Notes: generated by a model not told the origin, from the sequence alone. A stretch of DNA of 64,000 nt from an uncultured Gemmatimonadaceae bacterium (GCA_963761305.1 CAVXGK010000002.1:608001-672000), one strand, 5' to 3'; positions 9,628 to 20,209 are shown, numbered from the stretch's first letter. Numbers and translations are program-made.

Positions 9628-11019
9628 TCAAGGAACCGGCAACTCTCCGGACACGAACCGCAGCACCGCCTTCTGAAGCGCCATGTTGGCGATCGCCTCC
9701 TCCCGCAGCGCGCGAGCCTGCGTGAGCGCCGTCTGAGCCGTGAGCACGTCGACAACCGACGCGAGTCCAACGTCGTATCGCCCCTGCGCGGCGTCGAAGG
9801 ACTCCTGGGCGGCGTCGAGTCCCGCCGCCGTCGCGAGTAGCTTCTGCTCCGCGGCATGGTACGAGCCGAGCGCCGTCTGCAGCTCGCTACCGATTCGCAG
9901 CCGCAGGTCTTCGATGTTCAGGCGATCGCGACTGGTGGCGACCAACGACCGCTCCATGTCGAACCGCTCGCGGTACCCGTCGAAGAGGCTCCAAGACACG
10001 CCAAGCGACAGCTGGGTGTAGCGCTGTTCGCCCAGTTGGTCGAAGAACGGACGCTGCCCCGTCGAGAGCTGATCCTTGCCGTCGATCAGCTCTCGACCGA
10101 ACACGCGGCCGGCGCCGATGTAGTCGAAGCGAAGGTTCAGCTGCGGCAGCAATTCGCCGCGCGCGAGCTGACGATCGTGCTCGTCCGCGGTCTGCTTGCT
10201 CTCCGCCGCGGCGAGGTCGGGACGGCGCGACGTGGCCTGCGCCATCAGTCTCGCGAGCTGTAATTCATCGGGGGCGAGTCGCGCGGTGTCGGCCTCCGGT
10301 TCGACGATGACGTAGGGCCGCGTGGCGTCGAGCCGAAGCCGATTGAGCAGCGACGCGATGTCCGTCGTCGTACGATTGTTCGCGTCGATCACGACGACCT
10401 CGTCGGCCTTCTGCTGCGCCTGCTGACGATAAAGATCCGGCGGGGCTCTCGTTCCGACGCGCACTTGTTCTTCGATCTGGCTGTCCCGCGCCGTCGACAG
10501 CGCCAGATTCGCTTCCGCGACCGCGGCGAGCCGCCGGTCGAGCACGACCTGATAGAACGCTTGCGCGACGTCGAATGCCACTTGCTGCTTCGCCCGGTCG
10601 AGGCCCCGCGTGGCCGCGTCACGCGTCGCGAGCGACGCGCGCATGTGCTCCCGGTCGCGGAATCCGTTGAAGAGGTTGATCGACGCCGACAACTGGTAGC
10701 TCATCCCGTAGAACGACGCGTCGGTGGGAGTCAGCGCCGTGCTGGAGAGCAGCGAGAATCCGGTCTGATTGAACGTGCCGACCGCCGTCGTGATGTTCGG
10801 CAGAAATCGTCCGTACGACTCCATGAGCCCGATGCCGGCCAAATGCACCGTGTCGGTGCCGAGCTGCACGGGCGTCGCGTCGGTGATGGCGATCTCGATG
10901 CTGCGCCGCAGGTCGAGCTGAAGCGTGTCGGCGCGCGAGGGCGTTTGAGCCTGCACGGCGCCGGCGGCGGCGAGGCCGACGAGAAGCCACGTCGCTCGTG
11001 GCATCGCGAGAGTGGTCAT
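9628..11019 (-). CDS. TolC-family outer membrane efflux protein
   Basis: Two OEP repeats (QQVAFDVAQAFYQV; RYDVGLASVVDVLTAQ); operon with MFP and RND genes. Confidence 0.9.
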   Translation of the reverse strand: MTTLAMPRATWLLVGLAAAGAVQAQTPSRADTLQLDLRRSIEIAITDATPVQLGTDTVHLAGIGLMESYGRFLPNITTAVGTFNQTGFSLLSSTALTPTDASFYGMSYQLSASINLFNGFRDREHMRASLATRDAATRGLDRAKQQVAFDVAQAFYQVVLDRRLAAVAEANLALSTARDSQIEEQVRVGTRAPPDLYRQQAQQKADEVVVIDANNRTTTDIASLLNRLRLDATRPYVIVEPEADTARLAPDELQLARLMAQATSRRPDLAAAESKQTADEHDRQLARGELLPQLNLRFDYIGAGRVFGRELIDGKDQLSTGQRPFFDQLGEQRYTQLSLGVSWSLFDGYRERFDMERSLVATSRDRLNIEDLRLRIGSELQTALGSYHAAEQKLLATAAGLDAAQESFDAAQGRYDVGLASVVDVLTAQTALTQARALREEAIANMALQKAVLRFVSGELPVP

Positions 11020-12278
11020 CGAGCACTCCCGGCGCCGGATCCGGCCCGTGGCTTGGTCTCCGCCTTCGCGGGCGCCGTCGAATCCGGCGCAATCTCAACG
11101 TGATCGCCGTCCGCCGTCGCGCTTTCGAGATTCAGCGCGATCCGGTCGCCTGCGACAACGCCTGACCCGAACGTGACGAGCCGGCCGTCATTGTTCACGA
11201 CGGTGACGGGCCTGAGATGCACGCGCGACTGTTCGTCGACCGTGCCGACGAAGGTTTGCGAACCGCGCACGAGGAGCGCTTCCGCCGGTGCTTGCGGCTT
11301 CGGAGTATCCGGCAGATCGACGCGGACCGGCACGAAGCTGCCCGCGACCACCAACCCGTCGCGGTTTTCGATGTCGACCTCGGCCAGCATCTTACGAGTT
11401 TTTGGATCGAGCTCGCCGCTGACGCGCGAGATGCGCGCGGCAATGCGCACGTCGCGTCGATCGTCCGTCGTGACCGTGACGGGCGTTCCGGCACGGGCGC
11501 TCGCCGCGTCGGCCTGATCGAGATAGACGAAGATTCTGAGTGTGTCGATCTTCGACACGGTGACGACGGGAAGGGCGCTGGTCTGCGACGTCGCGGCGCT
11601 TTGGGCCAGCGCGCCGGGGTCGGCGAAACGCGCCGTCACACGGCCGCCGAACGGAGCACGAAGCGTCTCGTAGACCTGTTGTTCCTTGAACGACTCGAGC
11701 CGCTGCTCGGCGACGGCAGCTTCGGTCCGCGCCTGGTCCGCCTCCTGAGCGGACACCAGCTTTCGCTGCAGGAGCGTCGCGACCCGATCCGCCGTAACGC
11801 GCTTGTTGTCGTAGTCGGCCTTGGCGCCGAGCAACGCGCGGTCGGTCTCCGGAGATTCGATCGTCGCGAGAACGTCTCCGGCCGCCACGCGAGAGCCGAC
11901 GTCGACCGTGACCGTTTTCAGATATCCGCCGACCTTCGCGTACAGCGTCACGGATTCATCCGGGCGCGCTTCGCCGAGGAGGTCGACGTGCCGCACGGCC
12001 GGCGACTCGGTGACGGCCACCATGCGCACGCGGTTGCCGCGCGCCACGTCGTTCGTTCGGGTGGCCGCCTCGGCAGCGCCGTATGCGGCGCGTCGAGACC
12101 ACAGCGTGCGAACGGCGATCGCGCCGCCGAGAAGGAGAACGATCGCCGTGACGGCGATGCGCGCGCGATGGCTCGGCCGCGCGCGCGATGCACGCCTGTC
12201 GTCACTGTAGGGCGTGAACGCCGCCGCGCGAGACTCCGCGGCGGCGCCAGGTTCCGTGTTTCCGGAGTTCTCAGACAT
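11016..12278 (-). CDS. RND efflux membrane fusion protein
   Basis: TM anchor, LYAKVGGYL..VDVGSRV..GDVLA, LRAPFGGRVTAR, ELDPKTRKM. Confidence 0.9.
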   Translation of the reverse strand: MSENSGNTEPGAAAESRAAAFTPYSDDRRASRARPSHRARIAVTAIVLLLGGAIAVRTLWSRRAAYGAAEAATRTNDVARGNRVRMVAVTESPAVRHVDLLGEARPDESVTLYAKVGGYLKTVTVDVGSRVAAGDVLATIESPETDRALLGAKADYDNKRVTADRVATLLQRKLVSAQEADQARTEAAVAEQRLESFKEQQVYETLRAPFGGRVTARFADPGALAQSAATSQTSALPVVTVSKIDTLRIFVYLDQADAASARAGTPVTVTTDDRRDVRIAARISRVSGELDPKTRKMLAEVDIENRDGLVVAGSFVPVRVDLPDTPKPQAPAEALLVRGSQTFVGTVDEQSRVHLRPVTVVNNDGRLVTFGSGVVAGDRIALNLESATADGDHVEIAPDSTAPAKAETKPRAGSGAGSAR

Positions 12279-15200
12279 GCGGTGCAGGTGAAGGAGAAAC
12301 GCCACCGGGGTTGTGCCCGACGGCCTCCGCGAGGAATCGCTGTTCAAGGAGGTGTTTGGTCGGCGGATTTCGGCGCAGCACGGAGTAGACCACCGGGACA
12401 ATCAGCAGCGTCACGAGCGTCGCGATCAGCAGCCCGCCGATCACGGCGCGCCCGAGCGGCGCATTCTGCTCGCCGCCTTCGCCGGAGCCGATCGCCATCG
12501 GCATCATGCCGAGCATCATCGCCAGCGCCGTCATGAGCACGGGCCGAAGGCGCACGCGACCGGCCTCGATTGCCGCCGTCGTCGAATCGAGCCCGCGTTC
12601 GACCCGCTGATCGTTCGCGAAGCTCACGAGCAGGATCGAGTTCGACACGGCGATGCCGACGGCCATGATCGTGCCCATGAGCGATACCACGTTGATCGTC
12701 GTTCCGGTGATGGCGAGCGTCCACAGGATGCCCACGAACGCGCCGGGCACCGCCACCATGATGATGAACGGATCGAGCCACGACTGGAACATCACGACCA
12801 TCAACAAATACACGAGGAAGATCGCCACGATGAGCCCGAGGCCCAGGCTGCTGAACGCCTCGTGCATGACCTCACCCTGGCCGCGCACGACGATCGGCAT
12901 GCCCGGCGGCAGCTTGCCGAGCGCCGCGACCTTGGACTGAATTCCGGCCACGACGGAGCCGAGATCGCAGCCCTCGACGTTGGCGTTCACGTCGACGACG
13001 CGCTGCACGGTGTAGTGATCGATTTCGTTCGGCACGACGCGATTGGACAATTGCGCGAGGTTGCCGAGCGTCTGCGTGGAGGCGTGCGGCAGTTCGGACG
13101 GCGCGCCGGCCTGCGAGACTTGCATCAACGGAGAGGCCGCGGTCATCGGCATGTCGAGCAGGGCGGGCACCGACGTCAGGTCCTCGAGCGGCTCCTTCAC
13201 CGCCACGAGGTAATTCACGTCGTTCGTCGGATTGATGTAGAACGACGGCGAGACCAGCGCACTCGATGACGAGCGAGACGAGCACGCTGTTGGCAACGTC
13301 GTTCTGGCTCAACCCCATCTCCGACGCGCGCTGGCGGTCGACGTCGAGGCGGAGCGTCGGGTAGTCGAGCACCTGCTTGACGTGGACGTCGGCGGCGCCG
13401 GGCACCGTGCGAATCGCGTCGCGCAGCTTGGCGGCGTACGTGTACGCCTCGTCGCAGTTTGGAGTCCTGGATCTGCACGTCGATCGGCGCCGAGAGGCCG
13501 AAGTTGAGCACCTGGCTCACGATGTCGGCCGTCTGGAAGTACGACGTCGACCCCGGGAAAGGATCGCGCCAGGTCCGCGCGAATCGCCTCACGTATTGCT
13601 CCGTCGGATGATGCCCCGGCTTGAGCGCGACGAGAATCTCGGCATCCATGCGCTCCCGAGTTGTCGGTCGGGACGAACGCGATGCTCAGGGACGACGGCA
13701 CGCCGATCATCGAGTTGATCGTCCCGAGCTCCGCGGCGAGGCACGATGGCGCGAATGTGGTCCTCGACCTGCGCCACGTAGCGTCTCGGTCGTCTCGATG
13801 CGCGTACCCGCTGGGCGCGCGGAAATGCAGCTTCATCAGCCCCGCGTCGGTCGACGGGAAGAAGTCGCGTGCCGATGCACGGCCGAGCAGCGGACAAGCT
13901 CACCACGGCGACGCCGGCGGCTCCGGCGAGCGTGAACCCCGGCGATGCGTGACGAGCGACGAGAGCAGCATTCGAATATGCGATTCTGGAACCGGGTGAA
14001 GGCCGCGTCGCGCCCGGCGTTGAACCAGTAGGAGAACCGCGACAGGCGACGAGGCGTGGCCGCGGATCGACCTCGGCGTCATGCCCGTGGCCGTGGGCGC
14101 GTTCGCCCGCGAGCAGCATGCGCGACAGTGTCTTGACGAGCGTGCGCGAGAGCACGTACGCCGCGAGCATGGCCACCACGACCGCCAGCGCCATCGGCAC
14201 GAAGAGGAATCGCGCCGGCCCGTCGAGCAGCACGACGGGGAAGAAGACGATGCAGATGGCCAGCGTGGCCATGATCACCGGCAGCGAGATCTGCGCCGCG
14301 CCATCGAGAATGCGACCGTGAGCGGTTTCCCCAGCGCTGCGATTGCGATGGATGTTTTCGACGGTGATCGTGGCGTCGTCGACGAGCAGGCCGATCGACA
14401 GCGACAAGCCCGCCCAGCGTCATGATGTTGAACGAGTTGCCGGTGAGCCTGCAGGCCGATGATCGCGCAGGCGATCGCCAGCGGGATCGACGCGCACGGC
14501 GATCAACACGCTGCGCCAGCTGCCGAGAAACACGAGGATCATGAGCGAGACGAGCAGCGCCGACGATGAACGCCTCGCGTACGACGCTCGAGATGGCGGC
14601 GCGCACGAACACCGACTGGTCGAAGTCGAGGTCGAACGTCGAGCCCCTGCGGCGCGACGGCGCGAATTGCCGGCAGCAATTCCTTCGTCGCGTCGACGAC
14701 CGCCAGCGTCGACGCATCGGACTTCTTCAGGATCGAGAGGTAGGCCGCACGCTGACCGTTCACGCGCACGATGTTCGTCTGGTCGGCGTAGCCGTCCGAG
14801 ACGACGGCGACGTCGCCGACCGTCGTCGGCGCACCATTCACCACCTTGATCGGAATCGCCGCGAACTCGGAAACCGCCGACGGGCTCGAATTCAGGCTGA
14901 CGTTGTACTCACGCGTGCCGATTCGCGCCGTGCCGGCCGGGATGAAGACGTTCGAGTTGTTCACCGCGTTGACGCACGTCGGTCGCCGAGAGGCCTTTGC
15001 CAGCCAGGCGCGCCGGATCGACGTCGATCGTGATCTCACGCGTCTTGCCGCCGTACGGCGCCGGCGTCGAGAGACCGGGAATCGTGAACAGCCGCAGGCG
15101 AAGAAAGTTCTGTCCGTAGTCGGAGATCTTCTCTTCGCCCATCGTCGCGCTGGTCATCGTCAGCTGCGCGACGGGCACGTTCGACGCGTTCGACTGGAGG

Positions 15201-15586
15201 ATGTACGGCGGCTGAATGCCGCGCGGCATGCGGCGCAGTGACGTCGACGACGACGACGCGATCTGCGCGATGGCGTTGCCGATGTCGGTGCCCGGCTGGA
15301 AGTAGACCTTGAGCATCCCGATGCCCGGAATCGACTGCGACTCGATGCGCTCGATGCCGTCGACGACGGAGGACAACCCGCGCTCGCTCAGCAGCACCAC
15401 GCGCTTCTCCATGTCCTCGGCGGAGAGACCGGGGTAGGTCCACACGACGGCGACGACAGGGATGTCGATCGACGGGAAGATGTCCACCAGCATGCCCTTC
15501 ATTGACAGGCCGCCCATGAGGAGAATGGCCGCCGCCAAGACGGCGACCGTGTAGGGCTGTCGAAGGGCGAGCTTTACGATCCACAT
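12271..15586 (-). pseudogene. AcrB-family RND permease, broken as assembled (8 ORF-track fragments; probably sequencing indels)
   Basis: MWIVKLALRQPYT..DIFPSIDIPVV start; IGLLVDDATITVENIHR; RLRPVLMTALAM end; indels cluster at ~13250-15000. Confidence 0.85.
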
Positions 15587-15741
15587 GATGTCGGGCGCGG
15601 CGCGTTCGGGAGATGAACGGAAGGCGCCCGCCGAACAGCGGCGGGCGGTCGTTCTGGCGGTGGGGGACTTATATGATGCGCGTCGGCGATGCATAACACA
15701 AATAGATTTTCGGACACGCGTCCATTTGTTATTGTTATGCG

Positions 15742-16674
15742 ATGAACCTCCACCTCCTTCGCCTGTTTTCCGCCGTCGTCGAGAACGAGGGCGTGGTCGC
15801 GGCCGCCCGGTCGCTCCGGCTCAGCCAGCCCGCCGTGTCGCGGGCCGTGCGCGAGCTCGAGGGGCAGATCGGAATCCCGCTGCTGGAGCGGACGACGCGA
15901 CGTGTCCGCCTCACCCCCGAGGGGCGTGAGATCTACGAGCAAGCGCGAGCCGTGTACCTCGCCGAGCGTGCCGTCGAAGACACCGCCGCCCGACTCAAGG
16001 GGCTGCGACAAGGGTCCCTTCACGTTGGCGCCAGCACCACCATCGCGACCTACGTCCTTCCCCGAATCATCAGCGAATTCGCCAAGCGCCACCCGGAGGT
16101 CGATCTGCGGCTGAGCGCGATGCACACGCGGATCATCGTGGACCGACTCAAGGAGCACGAGCTCGACGTGGCGCTCGCCGAGGCGCCGGTCGAGGACAGC
16201 GGCGTCGTCGTAACTCCCTGGCGCATCGACAACATGATAGTCGTCGCGGCATCCGGGCATCCACTCTCCGGCCAGACTCTGCAGCCAAAGCGCCTCGCCG
16301 ACGAGCTGTTCATCCTGCGAGAACCCGAGTCGGGAACCCGCGCGATCGTGATCGCGGCCCTCCGCCGGGCTGGGATCGGTCCCCATCGCATCATGTCGGT
16401 CGATGACACCGAGGTCATCAAACAGGTCGTTGCCGAAGGCCTCGGCATTGGCGTGGTGTCGCAGTACGCGGTCGCCGAGCAGCTGGCGTCGAGACGGCTG
16501 GTCGCTCTGAATGTCGAAGGACTGAGCATTCAGCGCCCGTTCAATCGCCTCGCGCTGGACCGGCGGTCACCCTCGACGGCGGCGAGCGCCTTTCTCACGC
16601 TGTTGGAGCGATCGGACCGCAGGACGCGACGTGGGCGCGGCATCCACGTTGACACTCCGCGCCGGATTACCTAG
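15742..16674 (+). CDS. LysR-family regulator (CysL/CmpR-like), divergent from the RND operon
   Basis: HTH LSQPAVSRAVRELE, GASTTIATYVLP, REPESGTR. Confidence 0.93.
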   Translation: MNLHLLRLFSAVVENEGVVAAARSLRLSQPAVSRAVRELEGQIGIPLLERTTRRVRLTPEGREIYEQARAVYLAERAVEDTAARLKGLRQGSLHVGASTTIATYVLPRIISEFAKRHPEVDLRLSAMHTRIIVDRLKEHELDVALAEAPVEDSGVVVTPWRIDNMIVVAASGHPLSGQTLQPKRLADELFILREPESGTRAIVIAALRRAGIGPHRIMSVDDTEVIKQVVAEGLGIGVVSQYAVAEQLASRRLVALNVEGLSIQRPFNRLALDRRSPSTAASAFLTLLERSDRRTRRGRGIHVDTPRRIT

Positions 16675-16677
16675 CTT
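16649..16677 (+). promoter_or_regulatory. Sigma70 promoter for rplM-rpsI
   Basis: TTGACA-N17-TAGCTT; the -10 box contains the lysR stop codon. Confidence 0.8.
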
Positions 16678-16772
16678 AAGAGTCTGTCTAAAAAGGCCTT
16701 AGCTGGCCGCCGAGACCCGGGTTGCATGACGCACCGGTGAGGCGCGGGACCCACTTCAGTTGGTCGCACGAA

Positions 16773-17219
16773 ATGAAAACGTTTTCTGCCACGCCGCGAG
16801 ACATCGAGCAGCGGTGGTTCATCGTCGATGCGGATGGCATGATCCTCGGGCGGCTTGCCGCCGAGGTCGCGCGCGTCATCCGCGGCAAGCACAAACCCAT
16901 TTTCACCCCGCACATGGATACCGGTGACAATGTCATCGTCATCAATGCGTCGAAGGTGAAAGTGACGGGCAAGAAGGCCGAGCAGAAGCAGTACTTCCGC
17001 CACACGGGCTACATGGGCCACGAGCGCTTTACGCCGTTCGATACGATGCTGTCGAAGCATCCCGAGCGCGTGATCGAGAAGGCGGTACACGGCATGCTGC
17101 CAAAGACCGCGCTCGGACGGCAGGTGCTCCGCCGCAAGCTGCGCGTCTTCGCGGGGGCGGATCATCCGCACGCCGCGCAGCAGCCGACGCCGTTGACCTT
17201 CACCAAGAGCGAGAAGTAG
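16773..17219 (+). CDS. rplM: 50S ribosomal protein L13
   Basis: WFIVDA..LGRLA..GKHKPIFTPHMDTGD; HPHAAQQP. Confidence 0.98.
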   Translation: MKTFSATPRDIEQRWFIVDADGMILGRLAAEVARVIRGKHKPIFTPHMDTGDNVIVINASKVKVTGKKAEQKQYFRHTGYMGHERFTPFDTMLSKHPERVIEKAVHGMLPKTALGRQVLRRKLRVFAGADHPHAAQQPTPLTFTKSEK

Positions 17220-17222
17220 CCC

Positions 17223-17618
17223 ATGGCCGACACACAAAGCATCCACGCCATCGGCCGACGGAAGGAAGCCGTGTGCCGCGTGTTCCTGAAGCCCGGTTCC
17301 GGCAAGTGGGACGTGAACGGCCGGACCCTGGGCGACTACTTCCCGCGCGCCGCGCTGGTGAGCGCGATTCAGCAGCCGTTCGTGGCGACCGACATGCTCG
17401 GCCGCTTCGACGTCCGCGCCAACGTGGACGGCGGTGGGCAGACGGGACAGGCCGGTGCGCTTCGCCTCGCGGTGGCGCGCGCCTTGGTCAAGATCGACGA
17501 GGGGCATCGCCGCAAGCTTCGCGACCTGGGACTCCTCACGCGCGACGCACGAGCGGTCGAGCGCAAGAAGCCCGGCCGTCCGAAGGCGCGCAAGCGATTC
17601 CAGTTCTCGAAACGGTAG
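17223..17618 (+). CDS. rpsI: 30S ribosomal protein S9
   Basis: GRRKEAV, GGGQTGQAGA, C-terminal KARKRFQFSKR. Confidence 0.98.
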   Translation: MADTQSIHAIGRRKEAVCRVFLKPGSGKWDVNGRTLGDYFPRAALVSAIQQPFVATDMLGRFDVRANVDGGGQTGQAGALRLAVARALVKIDEGHRRKLRDLGLLTRDARAVERKKPGRPKARKRFQFSKR

Positions 17619-17655
17619 GTGTACGGGTAGACCGGTCGACAGGTGGACCGGGACA
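17616..17655 (+). repeat. 8-bp tandem repeat (CSGGTRGA family), 4-5 degenerate copies
   Basis: taggtgta cgggtaga ccggtcga caggtgga ccgggaca, starting at the rpsI stop. Confidence 0.65.
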
Positions 17656-17679
17656 ACTGAAGGCGCAGTTCATCTCTCA

Positions 17680-17757
17680 GGGCGTTTGAGCGGTGGTTGG
17701 GTGCCGGCTTGGCCGGTCGATCCCGCGATGAGAGCGTCCGACGACAAAAAACCACAC
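17680..17757 (+). promoter_or_regulatory. Candidate ribosomal protein S2 leader (autogenous control)
   Basis: Outer stem gggcgttt/gagcgtcc encloses GGGTG followed by hairpin ccggc-ttg-gccgg and tcg, resembling the GGGUGCC..GGUCG core of known rpsB leaders. Confidence 0.55.
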
Positions 17758-17772
17758 TGAGGTTCGGTTCGC

Positions 17773-18706
17773 ATGGCAGATCAGCAAGGCAATCATTCTC
17801 CGACGCTCGAGGCGCTTCTCGCCGCCGGCGTGCATTTCGGCCACCAGACGCGCCGGTGGAATCCGAAGATGCGCCGGTTCATTTTCGCCGAGCGCAACGG
17901 CATTCACATCATCGACCTGCAGAAGACCCTTCGGCAGATCGAGCTGGCGCAGAAGCTCGCGCGCGACGTGGTCTTGCGCGGTGAGCAGGTGCTCTTCGTC
18001 TGCACCAAGCCGCAGCTCGGCGAGCCTCGTAAAGACCGAGGCCGAGCGCGCCGGCGCCCTCTATATCACCGAGCGCTGGCTCGGCGGGCTGCTCACCAAC
18101 TTCCAGACGGTGAAGAAGCAGGTGCGCCGGATGAAAGAGTTGGAAAGCGGCACCGAGGAGGGCGGCGAGTTCGAGAACTACACGAAGAAAGAGCAGCTCA
18201 TGCTCCGTCGCGAGCGCGAGAAGCTCTCCAAGTATCTCTACGGCATTCGCAGCATGACGCGCCTGCCCGGGATCTTGTTTGTCGTGGATTCGAAGAAAGA
18301 ACGCATCGCGGTCGCCGAGGCGAACAAGCTCACCATTCCGATGATCGCGATCGTGGACACGAACGCCGATCCGGATCTCATCACGGTGCCGATCGCCGGC
18401 AACGACGACGCGATTCGTTCGGTGGAGCTGATCACCAAGGCGATCGCCGACGCGGTCATCGAGGCCCGTCGCGAAGCGCCGGTCCGCGAGGAAACCGAGG
18501 AAGGCGAGAGCTACACATACAGCTCGGACCGCGGCGCGGAGCCGGCCGGCGAGGAAGATCGTCGCCGCCGTCGGCGGCCGCGGCGCCGCCGCGCCAAGCC
18601 GGAAGCGATCGCCGCTCGCCTCAAGGGACCGGGCGAGGGCGGAGCGGATGCCGGAGCGGATGCCGGAGCGGATGCAGGAGCGGGATCGGAGACGCCGGAG
18701 GCATAG
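17773..18706 (+). CDS. rpsB: 30S ribosomal protein S2 (apparent +1 frameshift at ~18020)
   Basis: [19 protein letters not shown], then [27 protein letters not shown] in the next frame; removing one G joins them (PQLASLVKTE). Confidence 0.96.
18641..18684 (+). repeat. 12-bp coding tandem repeat (GADA) in the S2 tail
   Basis: ggagcggatgcc x3 plus a partial copy. Confidence 0.8.
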
Positions 18707-18738
18707 TCCTCGCGCCGCAGATCCCACGCAGCACCCGC

Positions 18739-18766
18739 CGCCGCCGGTTCATTGCCGGCGGCGTTT
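18739..18766 (+). terminator. Hairpin between rpsB and tsf
   Basis: cgccgccgg-ttcattg-ccggcggcg-ttt. Confidence 0.5.
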
Positions 18767-18819
18767 CCATGACCAAGTACACTTCTGTTTGAACTTTTCT
18801 GTCTGACTGGTATCGACAA

Positions 18820-19422
18820 ATGACTGCGACAATCACTGCCAAGGACGTTGCCGCGCTGCGCGAGAAGACCGGCGCCGGCATGATGGATTGCAAGAAGGCC
18901 CTCGAGGAGACCCAGGGGAACGCCGACAAGGCCGTCGAGCTGCTCCGCTCCAAGGGTGCCGCCAAGGCCGAAAAGCGCGCGGGACGACAGACCGGCGAGG
19001 GCGTCATCGGCAGCTACATCCACCACAACGGCAAGATCGCCGTGCTGGTGGAGCTCAACTGCGAGACGGACTTCGTGGCCCGCACCGACGACTTCCAGCA
19101 GCTCGGCAAGTACCTCGCCGAGCACATCGCCGCCGCCGACCCGATCGGGGTGGACAAGGAGTCGATCCCGCAGGAGAAGATCGAGTCCGAGCGCCGCATT
19201 TTCGTGGAGCAGGTGAAGGCCGAGGGCAAGCCGGACCACCTGATCGAGAAGATCGTGGAGGGCAAGGTGCAGGCGTTCTACAAGGACGTCGCGCTGTTGC
19301 ACCAGGCCTGGGTGCGCGACACCGCCAAGACCGTCGGCGATCTGGTGAAGGAAGTTTCGGCCAAGACCGGCGAGAACATTCAGGTCCGCCGCTTCGTGCG
19401 TTATCGTTTGGGCGAGGCGTAA
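18820..19422 (+). CDS. tsf: Elongation factor Ts (short, 200-aa form)
   Basis: LREKTGAGMMDCKKAL, ELNCETDFVA, RRFVRYRLGE. Confidence 0.98.
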   Translation: MTATITAKDVAALREKTGAGMMDCKKALEETQGNADKAVELLRSKGAAKAEKRAGRQTGEGVIGSYIHHNGKIAVLVELNCETDFVARTDDFQQLGKYLAEHIAAADPIGVDKESIPQEKIESERRIFVEQVKAEGKPDHLIEKIVEGKVQAFYKDVALLHQAWVRDTAKTVGDLVKEVSAKTGENIQVRRFVRYRLGEA

Positions 19423-19495
19423 GCAGCACGCTGACACGACCCAGCACACGCGAGCCGACACGAAGGGTCAGCAGACGGGGGACGAGCATATAAGC

Positions 19496-20209
19496 ATGCC
19501 AGAGCTGAAATACCCGCGCGTCTTGCTCAAGCTGTCCGGCGAAGCACTGGCCGGCGACAAAGGGTTCGGATACGACTTCGACACGGTGAGCCGGCTCGCC
19601 GGCGAAGTCGTTTCCGTGTTGGGTACGGGCGCGTCGGTCGGCCTGGTGATCGGCGGCGGCAACATCGTGCGCGGTTCGCAGTTGTCCAAAACCGGCATGG
19701 ATCGCGTCGCCGCCGACTACATGGGCATGCTCGGCACGGTGATCAACGCCCTCGCACTGCAGGATGTGCTCGAGCGGAAAGGCGTCGACACGCGCGTGAT
19801 GACAGCCATCCGCATGGAGGAGTTGGCCGAGCCGTACATCCGCCGCCGCGCCGTGCGCCACCTCGAGAAGGGGCGCCTCGTCATCTTCGCCGGCGGCACC
19901 GGCAACCCTTACTTCTCGACCGACACCGCCGCGGTATTGCGCGCCATTCAGATCAAGGCGAACGTCATCATCAAGGCGACGAGCGTGGACGGCGTCTACT
20001 CGGCCGACCCGAAGCGCGACCCGCACGCGAAGTTGTACGAGGAAATCGGATTCCGTGACGTGATCGTGGAAGAGCTCAAGGTCGTCGACCAGACGGCGAT
20101 CACTCTCTGCCGCGAGAACGCGCTCCCACTGATCGTTCTCAACATCCACCGTCCGGGCTCGGTCGTCGCGGCGATTCGCGGCGAGCGGGTCGGCACCCTG
20201 GTTCGATGA
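19496..20209 (+). CDS. pyrH: UMP kinase
   Basis: LLKLSGEAL, GGGNIVRG, GTGNPYFSTDTAA. Confidence 0.98.
   Translation: MPELKYPRVLLKLSGEALAGDKGFGYDFDTVSRLAGEVVSVLGTGASVGLVIGGGNIVRGSQLSKTGMDRVAADYMGMLGTVINALALQDVLERKGVDTRVMTAIRMEELAEPYIRRRAVRHLEKGRLVIFAGGTGNPYFSTDTAAVLRAIQIKANVIIKATSVDGVYSADPKRDPHAKLYEEIGFRDVIVEELKVVDQTAITLCRENALPLIVLNIHRPGSVVAAIRGERVGTLVR

Noticed and set aside
16685..16772. L13 leader RNA (and an S15 leader at 24355-24416)
   Set aside because: Plausible by position, but I could not identify a specific conserved structure by eye
19423..19490. cagcac/gacacga motifs between tsf and pyrH as another repeat family
   Set aside because: Too short and irregular to distinguish from chance
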